Shown piece by piece: positions 48,787-55,874 of a DNA stretch of 62,397 nt. A program made the translations under genes and the position numbers. Each line of letters opens with the position of its first letter. The first letter of the stretch is position 1. The notes under the pieces were generated by a model. The model ran no database searches. It saw nothing but the letters and a program-made list of their open reading frames with translations, and had not been told where the DNA came from. Location of the stretch: NCBI GenBank assembly GCA_028711705.1, contig JAQTRS010000005.1:1-62397 (forward strand). Direction: 5' to 3'. The DNA comes from Candidatus Moraniibacteriota bacterium. GTDB taxonomy: Bacteria; Patescibacteriota; Minisyncoccia; Moranbacterales; UBA1568.

Positions 48787-48816
48787 GTATAGATAATCAA
48801 ACGTTTCGATCTGTGC

Positions 48817-49302
48817 TTACATACTAAAGCCAGTCAGATTGATACAATTCCAATTTTGAAGCGAAGAAGATAAGCAGACCCTTCCCGTTACGGTATTGAC
48901 ACAACTTATAAGAGGACCTGTAGATCCGGAGGTACATTGAATATTTCCTCCGCCCGATCCGCTAGCCGCATCCACATAGTCTTTATTCACCGCATCCGTT
49001 CCATTCACCGGCGTACCAACATTGGTAATTTTGTTTTGCCCGACAAGGTTTCCGGACCCATCGTACTTTCCGGTATCTATCCCGGTATAAGCCTTCAGTA
49101 AACCGCCGATACCAAGTGCTCCTGATTTGTATTGTGCAAAAGCGGATGTATTGATCGGTCCGCCGATATTGCCTCCGGGCGCCGGTGCTGTCGGATTGGT
49201 CCAGGCAGAAGCAAATTGTAAGCCGAGGCCGAAAATGATGCCTAAAGTTACGACTCTTGCCCAATACATCACCCCCTTAAGCACGCTCTTTTTCTCTTCC
49301 AT
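48817..49302 (-). CDS. small secreted/anchored protein with a tail-fibre-like ITNVGTPVNGTDAVNKDYVD motif and a Cys-rich end
   Basis: It has an N-terminal TM or signal segment (VMYWARVVTLGIIFGLGLQFASA), Gly-rich stretches and 4 Cys in the last 45 aa. Confidence 0.6.
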   Translation of the reverse strand: MEEKKSVLKGVMYWARVVTLGIIFGLGLQFASAWTNPTAPAPGGNIGGPINTSAFAQYKSGALGIGGLLKAYTGIDTGKYDGSGNLVGQNKITNVGTPVNGTDAVNKDYVDAASGSGGGNIQCTSGSTGPLISCVNTVTGRVCLSSSLQNWNCINLTGFSM

Positions 49303-49535
49303 AGGTTTTTGTTATACTTAACGTTTTTAATCTACCTACACCCTATTACCAAGCCATCTTTTATATAAATTATATTTCTTCTAGAATACTTCCTATAGTT
49401 TATCACATACATATTCTACCATCAATACCTTCCAATCACAACAACCTTTGCAATCATACACGGACACTTTTTCAATGCGCTATCACGACCCATAAACAAC
49501 CTCGCCGCACTCTTTCCTCAAAACATCCGACCTCC

Positions 49536-50087
49536 CTATCGATCCGCTTTTCCGACAAAGTTCTCCAAACCTATCAAGCCAAAACGGGTTGAGTCGAGCG
49601 AACCCTCCACCTGATCACCTAAAACCAGGTACGCATCCGACGGAAGCGGTCCGTGCGCGGACTCTTCATACAACTTGAGCATCTTCGCCTGCGATCCGCT
49701 AAAACTATATGCGATTCCGGCTGAGTTCACTGCTATCTGCCCATTGATTTCGATTTTCGAATTATCACCATCAGAAATCACCCGGAATGCATCGCCGGGC
49801 ACCGCAAAGACCCTCTTAATAATCGGCACATCGTTTCCGACATAATGCAGTACTGCGATATCTCCACGATCAGGCGTATGACAGGCATAGTAGCCGACAA
49901 GCACCCGGACATCTGTACCATCACGCAATAACGGCTCCATCGAATGCCCTCGCACAGTCTTGGTCTCAATGGAAGTCTTACAACCGAAAACGGTTTGATC
50001 GAACCAATCTGTTTCCAAGTATCCATACGACATCAGTGCGATTACAAGACCGATAGAGCTCATAAAAACAGTTGTTTTACTAATCAT
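49536..50087 (-). CDS. lepB: signal peptidase I (S26 family)
   Basis: GHSMEPLL, IKRVFAVPGD and VLGDQVEGSLDSTRFG. The start is set at ATG 50087. Confidence 0.85.
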   Translation of the reverse strand: MISKTTVFMSSIGLVIALMSYGYLETDWFDQTVFGCKTSIETKTVRGHSMEPLLRDGTDVRVLVGYYACHTPDRGDIAVLHYVGNDVPIIKRVFAVPGDAFRVISDGDNSKIEINGQIAVNSAGIAYSFSGSQAKMLKLYEESAHGPLPSDAYLVLGDQVEGSLDSTRFGLIGLENFVGKADR

Positions 50088-50157
50088 TTCATGCAAGCTT
50101 TAAGTGCGTTCTTTTTTCTCTTCCGCAGGTTTTTGTTATGAATGTTATATGATATTT

Positions 50158-50556
50158 TTACCGATCACCTTCCGCACGAAACGCATCGAGTGTTTTGCTC
50201 TGTTCCTCCACGGAATCAGTTGATACGGATTGTTTCCCTTTTTCAGCCGCTGCACGCATCTCATCAAGCTTTTTATCCTGCTCCTCCACTGTCTTCGGCG
50301 GAAGCCCCTGCTTGAGTTGCTGCGTTTGACTCTTTTGCTCTACCTGCGTCCTGATCGCATCCAATGCCTCGGACTGATCCTGAATCGTCTGCTGCACTTT
50401 TCGCTCCTCCTGAGCCGAATCATCCCCAACCAAAACACTATCCGATCGCTTTACCCGCACCGCCCATATAACCATCACGACCGTCACTAGAGCAAGTACC
50501 GCCGCCGCTATCGAGAGCATTTTCATCCGTCGATGCTGTGATCCCGTCTGTTGCAT
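50158..50556 (-). CDS. membrane-anchored coiled-coil protein (hypothetical)
   Basis: It has a TM helix (LSIAAAVLALVTVVMVIWAV) followed by Q/E/K-rich repeats. Confidence 0.5.
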   Translation of the reverse strand: MQQTGSQHRRMKMLSIAAAVLALVTVVMVIWAVRVKRSDSVLVGDDSAQEERKVQQTIQDQSEALDAIRTQVEQKSQTQQLKQGLPPKTVEEQDKKLDEMRAAAEKGKQSVSTDSVEEQSKTLDAFRAEGDR

Positions 50557-50617
50557 ACGTTTTCTTTTTATTTTTTACACGCTGATACCTTCAGTATCCC
50601 GCATGGATCTTGGATAG

Positions 50618-53614
50618 TCAAGCGCGCTTGAGCCAGACGGAAAGTTTCGCATCATCGATAACGGTTTCTTTATGGATATCCGAGCCATCCACCTCTCCTT
50701 GATGCAATCCTTTTTCCGCAAGCACCTCCCTAGCGATCAATGCTCTCAGTGCCGGAACAGCGAAGACATCTTCATATCCCCGATACCCGACCTGGATACG
50801 GTCATCCACCTCAAACCCCGCCTCCTTGCGCGTTTCCTGGATGAATCGGGTGATTTCCCTGGCCTGGCCTTCGAGCTTGAGTTCGGGAGTAATAACGGTA
50901 TCGAGAATAATCGCAGCCCCCTGATCGTCATGGAAAGAAACGCTTTTGACATTCAACTCATCTTTCAGTATATCGATAAGCTCGATGCTTAATGTTTGGC
51001 CCGCCCGCAACGACGCTTCCATCAACGGCTGGCGCACCTTGATTTTCTCCTTGGCACGCAATTGCAATCCTTCGGTGATAAGATCACGCGTCATACGCAT
51101 CGCTTCCATCAATTCCCTATCGATTACGCTCTCATCCGCCACCGGATAGTCTGCCAAATGCACCGATTCCTCGCCGGTCAGATTGCGATAGATTTCCTCG
51201 GCGATGAACGGCGTGAACGGTGCCATCAATTTCGCAAGCGTCACCAAAACCGTATACAGCGTCTGATAAGCTGCATTCTTATCCTCATCATCTTCCGACT
51301 TCCAGAAACGCTTCCTCGAGCGGCGGATATACCAGTTGGAAAGATCGTCAATAAATACTTCAATCGCCTTTCCTGCGTTATACGCATCATAAGAGTCCAA
51401 ACTTTTATCCACCACACCAATCAGCATTTGCAATTCGGACAATATCCACTTATCGAGAATATTCTTCGTTGCCAGCTGTTTATTATTTGTTACCGGTTCA
51501 AAACCATCGATATCAGCATACATCACAAAGAATGAGTATGAGTTCCATAACATACGGAAGACGCGATTCTGAACATCTCGCATCCCTTTAATATCAAAAC
51601 GCTTCGGTATACCCGGCTGATTGATAGTGAACAAAAGCCATCGAAGCGAGTCTGCCCCGAATTGATCGAACATTTCAAACGGATCGATAACGTTACCACG
51701 AGACTTGCTCATCTTTTTGCCTTGAGCATCTAAAATATGCGCCAAACATACCACATTTTTATACGCGTTCCCAACCGGGACTTTCCCCGATTTGTTGAGT
51801 AAAGTCGCTACCGCGTGCAAAGTATAGAACCAACCGCGCGTCTGATCGATTGCCTCAGAAATATAGTCCGCTGGAAAATATGATCCGCTTTCAATCGCCT
51901 TCTTATCTTCATCGGTCGCGCCATATGGATAGTGAAACTGCGCCAAAGGCATCGCGCCGGAATCAAACCATACATCCATCACTTCCGGGGTTCTTACCAT
52001 TGTTCCATCACATTTCTTACAAGAAAAAGTTATTTCGTCAACATACGGCTTATGCACATCGTCAATTTTTTTCTCAGAAAGCTCGCTAAGCTTATTAATT
52101 GAATCAATCACCTCGGTATGGTCGCATTTGTCACACTGCCAAATCGGAAGAGGTGTCCCCCAGAATCGATCGCGCGAAATAGCCCAATCCTTCACACCCT
52201 TAAGCCATTCACCAAAGCGACCTTCCTTGATGTGTTCCGGCACCCACCCGATCGACTCGTTATTTTTTACCAAATCATCGGCAAGCTCACTCATCCGGAT
52301 AAACCAAGACGGCTTCGCATAATAGATAAGCGGGGTATCGCAACGCCAGCAGAAAGGATACTCGTGCTCATAAAGTTCATCAGCGAAAAACAAATTTCTC
52401 GCTTTCAAATCCTTAATGATCAAATCATCCACAGCATAACGATTTTTCTCATTTTTCTTTTTAACCGGAGTACCCTTCCCTGGGACATCCACAGACACTT
52501 TTCCTTCCTCATCCACCGTCATCAGAGTCGGCAAGTCATTCTCTTTCCCAACATTCGCGTCATCCTCGCCAAAAGCCGGTGCGATATGGACAATACCCGT
52601 TCCGGAATCAGTCGTCACAAAATCACCCGCAACTATTCTAAATGCGTCTTCTTGTTCATTATCAGAAGCGGTCGCATATAGCGACTCATAATGCAAACCG
52701 AGCAAGGATTCACCCTTTATGGTATCTGAGATAAGAAATTCTTTCTCCTTAAGAACATCGTCCTTCCGATCAAAAGCTAAAATATAGCTCGCGTAACTAT
52801 CGGCAATCACCCTGATATATAAGATATTTTTATTCACCGCCAAAGCGACATTTCCCGGAAGTGTCCAAGGTGTCGTTGTCCATGCCAAAAAATAAGTCTT
52901 ATCATCCGTTGTAAAATCACCGATTTTCTGTCCCGGTTTCACTTTAAACTTCACATACACCGAATTATCTTTCACGGCCTGATACCCTTGCGCCACTTCA
53001 TGCGATGACAAAGCCGTTCCGCAACGATAGCAATATGGGACAATTTTCCGGCCGCGATACAACATATCCCGACCTTTGGCATCCTTAAGCTCAGCAATCT
53101 GCGCCAGTTGCCACCATACGGACTCGATATAGCGGTTATCATACGTCACATACGGATGTTCCATATCCACCCAATATCCCATACGAGTCGTCATTTTCTC
53201 CCACAAATCCTTGTACTCCCATACAGATTCCTTGCACTGCTTGTTAAATTCAATGATACTTGCCCGCCTATCACCGGGAACAATATTCTCAATATCCTGT
53301 TTATTCCTCAATCCAAGCTTTTTTTCAACCTGAAGCTCAACCGGAAGACCATGCGTGTCCCATCCGGCTTTACGTTTTACACGGTATCCTTTCATTGTCT
53401 TATATCGAGGAATCACATCCTTGAACGATCGTGCCAAAACATGATGCAAACCCGGCTTGCCATTAGCCGTAGGAGGTCCCTCATAAAACACGAAATCCCC
53501 TTTCGGCGCATCCTTTGCAACCGATTTTTCAAACACCTTATTCTCCTCCCAGTACTTCAGGACTTCCTCTTCCATTTTGGGCAAAGACTGCCTGACATTG
53601 ACTTTCTTGAACAT
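50618..53614 (-). CDS. ileS: isoleucine--tRNA ligase (type 2)
   Basis: YEGPPTANGKPGLHHV (HIGH motif), KMSKSRGN and CxxC zinc motifs. The start is set at ATG 53614 (MFKKVNV). Confidence 0.97.
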   Translation of the reverse strand: MFKKVNVRQSLPKMEEEVLKYWEENKVFEKSVAKDAPKGDFVFYEGPPTANGKPGLHHVLARSFKDVIPRYKTMKGYRVKRKAGWDTHGLPVELQVEKKLGLRNKQDIENIVPGDRRASIIEFNKQCKESVWEYKDLWEKMTTRMGYWVDMEHPYVTYDNRYIESVWWQLAQIAELKDAKGRDMLYRGRKIVPYCYRCGTALSSHEVAQGYQAVKDNSVYVKFKVKPGQKIGDFTTDDKTYFLAWTTTPWTLPGNVALAVNKNILYIRVIADSYASYILAFDRKDDVLKEKEFLISDTIKGESLLGLHYESLYATASDNEQEDAFRIVAGDFVTTDSGTGIVHIAPAFGEDDANVGKENDLPTLMTVDEEGKVSVDVPGKGTPVKKKNEKNRYAVDDLIIKDLKARNLFFADELYEHEYPFCWRCDTPLIYYAKPSWFIRMSELADDLVKNNESIGWVPEHIKEGRFGEWLKGVKDWAISRDRFWGTPLPIWQCDKCDHTEVIDSINKLSELSEKKIDDVHKPYVDEITFSCKKCDGTMVRTPEVMDVWFDSGAMPLAQFHYPYGATDEDKKAIESGSYFPADYISEAIDQTRGWFYTLHAVATLLNKSGKVPVGNAYKNVVCLAHILDAQGKKMSKSRGNVIDPFEMFDQFGADSLRWLLFTINQPGIPKRFDIKGMRDVQNRVFRMLWNSYSFFVMYADIDGFEPVTNNKQLATKNILDKWILSELQMLIGVVDKSLDSYDAYNAGKAIEVFIDDLSNWYIRRSRKRFWKSEDDEDKNAAYQTLYTVLVTLAKLMAPFTPFIAEEIYRNLTGEESVHLADYPVADESVIDRELMEAMRMTRDLITEGLQLRAKEKIKVRQPLMEASLRAGQTLSIELIDILKDELNVKSVSFHDDQGAAIILDTVITPELKLEGQAREITRFIQETRKEAGFEVDDRIQVGYRGYEDVFAVPALRALIAREVLAEKGLHQGEVDGSDIHKETVIDDAKLSVWLKRA

Positions 53615-53635
53615 ACGCTTATTTTTTATAAACAA

Positions 53636-53858
53636 AAAATCCCTAGCGAAAAATCGCGCTAAGGACGAACGTATCGTGGTACCACCTTACTTTAGCAATA
53701 ACCGATTACCAACATCCAATAATCAATGGTGCGGTAAAAGGAAACTGCTCTTCATTCACGGCTATTACGGGCCTACCCGATGGAGTCTAGTCGCCTTCAT
53801 GCAAGGTTTTCTTTCCACAGCTCCGGAGCGATGACTCCTTCATAGCCTTTAGAATTGT
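53636..53858 (-). promoter_or_regulatory. T-box leader (Ile) with terminator/antiterminator
   Basis: The minus strand carries AAGGTGGTACCACG (T-box, 53675-53688). The terminator CCTTAGCG...CGCTAGGG plus T6 lies at 53636-53664. GCTAA/TTAGC provides the alternative antiterminator pairing. The candidate specifier is AUC at 53779-53781, following the GGAGTC/GACTCC helix. Confidence 0.75.
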
Positions 53859-53864
53859 GACTCT

Positions 53865-53893
53865 ACAGTATCATTTCTCGTGCAAAAAATCAA
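53865..53893 (-). promoter_or_regulatory. candidate promoter of the ileS T-box leader
   Basis: The minus strand reads TTGATT, a 17-nt spacer, then TACTGT. Confidence 0.5.
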
Positions 53894-53979
53894 ATGGGTT
53901 CATGCGATAACGACATCTTAGCCAATGGAAAGGCAGCCTTTGTGCTGCCGCGCTTCCTCGTCTGTTCTTCGCGCCAGGC

Positions 53980-54087
53980 TTACAACCCCGCTATGTCCAA
54001 GAGCAAGGCGATTCCAAAAAAAAGGATGATTCCTATCGTGAGTGTAAAGGCGACGATGAAGGCTTCTGTTTTCGGTTCCAATGACAT
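53980..54087 (-). CDS. possible 35-aa hydrophobic micro-protein
   Basis: MSLEPKTEAFIVAFTLTIGIILFFGIALLLDIAGL. There is no clear Shine-Dalgarno sequence. A GGCAGC..GCTGCC hairpin follows. Confidence 0.2.
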   Translation of the reverse strand: MSLEPKTEAFIVAFTLTIGIILFFGIALLLDIAGL

Positions 54088-54121
54088 GGGCGTGGTATTA
54101 CATGAAAAAATAAAAGGGCGC

Positions 54122-55744
54122 TTACATCTTTTCCGGAGCGCTGACGCCGATCAAGCGGAGCGTTTCGGCCAGCACGATCTTGGTGGCGGACACTATCCGA
54201 AGACGCGCCACGCTCACCTCCGGATGCGCTTCGTCGATCACCTTGCATTCGGTATAAAATGAGTGGAATTTATCCGCCAACCGGATGGCGTAATGTGGGA
54301 GTTTGTGCACCTCATAGCTCTTCGAAATCTCCTCGAGAAGCTCCGGGAACAGCGACAGCTCGCGCACCAAAGAGATTTCTTTCTCATGCCAATCCGTATG
54401 GGAAGTTATTGAGTCCTCAACTAAGATTCCCGCTTCATCGGCCTTCGTTATGATGCTCGCGATACGGGCATGCGCGTACTGCACATAAAATACCGGGTTC
54501 TTCTGAGAGTGCTCCTGAGCCAACCCTAGATCAAAATTCATATGCGTATTGGGCGCATACATCAGGAAAAAGAAGCGCGTCACATCATGCCCGACAGCAT
54601 CGATCAGATCATCGATCAACACGACATTGCCGGCACGCTTACTCATACGCACTTCCTTGCCATCCTTCACCACCTTCACCAGCTGCACGATCAGGAAACT
54701 CACTTCATGCTCGAATCCGAGCGCCTGCACCGCCGCCTTGAAACGGTTGATATACCCATGATGATCCGCTCCCCAGATTTCGATCAACAAAGTGAAGCCG
54801 CGCTCCATCTTGTGGATGATATAGCCGCAGTCAGAAGCGAAATATGTCTTACTCCCATCGCTTTTCACCAGCACACGATCCTTATCATCACCGAAATCGG
54901 TCGAACGGAACCATAAAGCACCATCCACCTCGAAGGTAAATCCTTTCTCCTTCAAGACGTCGATCGCCTTATCGACGAAGCCTTCTTCGAACAGTTTCTT
55001 TTCCGACATCCAGACATCGAAACTCACCCGCATCTTTTCGGTAACCGTTTTCTTGATATATTCTTCCAAGACATACTTCGCCGCCCGGTCGCCCACCTCG
55101 CGGACATCGCCGCCGTCTTTGCCGAATCGCCGGAACAATGCGTCGATGTATTCCCCGCCATAGACCGCCTGATCGTCCTTAAGAACGCTGTGTCCGAGCT
55201 TCATCACTTGCTCCCCGGCATCATTCACATAGTATTCATTGGTCACAGCGAAGCCGGATTTCCTCAAAAGGCGCGTCAAAGAGTCTCCGAAGAACCCTCC
55301 GCGGCCATTGCCCAAATGAAGCGGCCCGGTCGGATTGGCGGAAATAAATTCATTGTTCACCAGGGCGCCCTCACCCAAAGAACTGTTCCCGAAGTCACCC
55401 TTCTCCAAGAGCACCTTCTGAACGATACCCTCGAAATACTTCTGCGAAAAAGAGATATTGATATACCCAGGGTGCACGACCAGGATGGATTCGACGCCCG
55501 CCATCACGCCATCTTGGATATCCCGAAGGATCGCGCCCCGCAACACTTCCGCAACCTCCATCGGACTTTTCCCGATCAATTTCGCTAACACCAAAGAAAT
55601 ATTGGTTGTATAATCCCCGAAACTCTCGCTTTTCGGATGGGACACATCGATAACGGGCATCTCAAAAACAGGCCATTCGCCCGTTTGCTGCAAAACTTCG
55701 ATGCTTTTGCGGATAAACTCCTCGATAATATGCTTCATATACAC
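54122..55744 (-). CDS. argS: arginine--tRNA ligase
   Basis: ISANPTGPLHLGNGRG (HIGH-type motif), MSKRAGN and a C-terminal DALR anticodon-binding pattern. Confidence 0.95.
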   Translation of the reverse strand: MYMKHIIEEFIRKSIEVLQQTGEWPVFEMPVIDVSHPKSESFGDYTTNISLVLAKLIGKSPMEVAEVLRGAILRDIQDGVMAGVESILVVHPGYINISFSQKYFEGIVQKVLLEKGDFGNSSLGEGALVNNEFISANPTGPLHLGNGRGGFFGDSLTRLLRKSGFAVTNEYYVNDAGEQVMKLGHSVLKDDQAVYGGEYIDALFRRFGKDGGDVREVGDRAAKYVLEEYIKKTVTEKMRVSFDVWMSEKKLFEEGFVDKAIDVLKEKGFTFEVDGALWFRSTDFGDDKDRVLVKSDGSKTYFASDCGYIIHKMERGFTLLIEIWGADHHGYINRFKAAVQALGFEHEVSFLIVQLVKVVKDGKEVRMSKRAGNVVLIDDLIDAVGHDVTRFFFLMYAPNTHMNFDLGLAQEHSQKNPVFYVQYAHARIASIITKADEAGILVEDSITSHTDWHEKEISLVRELSLFPELLEEISKSYEVHKLPHYAIRLADKFHSFYTECKVIDEAHPEVSVARLRIVSATKIVLAETLRLIGVSAPEKM

Positions 55745-55874
55745 CTATACTAACCCGAAATGCAAAAAAAGGAAAGTCCTCCTCCATCGCAAGGCCTCAC
55801 ATTTTCCCTTGCCTCTCCGCATGCTATACTAGGCGTATCATGGCCTCGCATTAAACACGTAAACACGCATACGT

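Noticed and set aside
53894-54262. A 122-aa + strand ORF spans the argS 3' end.
   Set aside because: It overlaps the argS C-terminus antisense, has no Shine-Dalgarno sequence, and its translation is unremarkable. The spacer is better explained by a terminator and possibly the small minus-strand peptide.
55770-55800. AGGAAAGTCCTCCTCCATCGCAAGG resembles the RNase P RNA P4 string GAGGAAAGUCCGGGCUCCAUAGGGCA.
   Set aside because: Only about 130 nt separate argS from the Clp-like gene. There is no G-rich 5' P1-P3 region upstream, because that sequence is argS coding sequence. The downstream sequence encodes a convincing membrane domain. A 300-400 nt RNase P RNA cannot fit.
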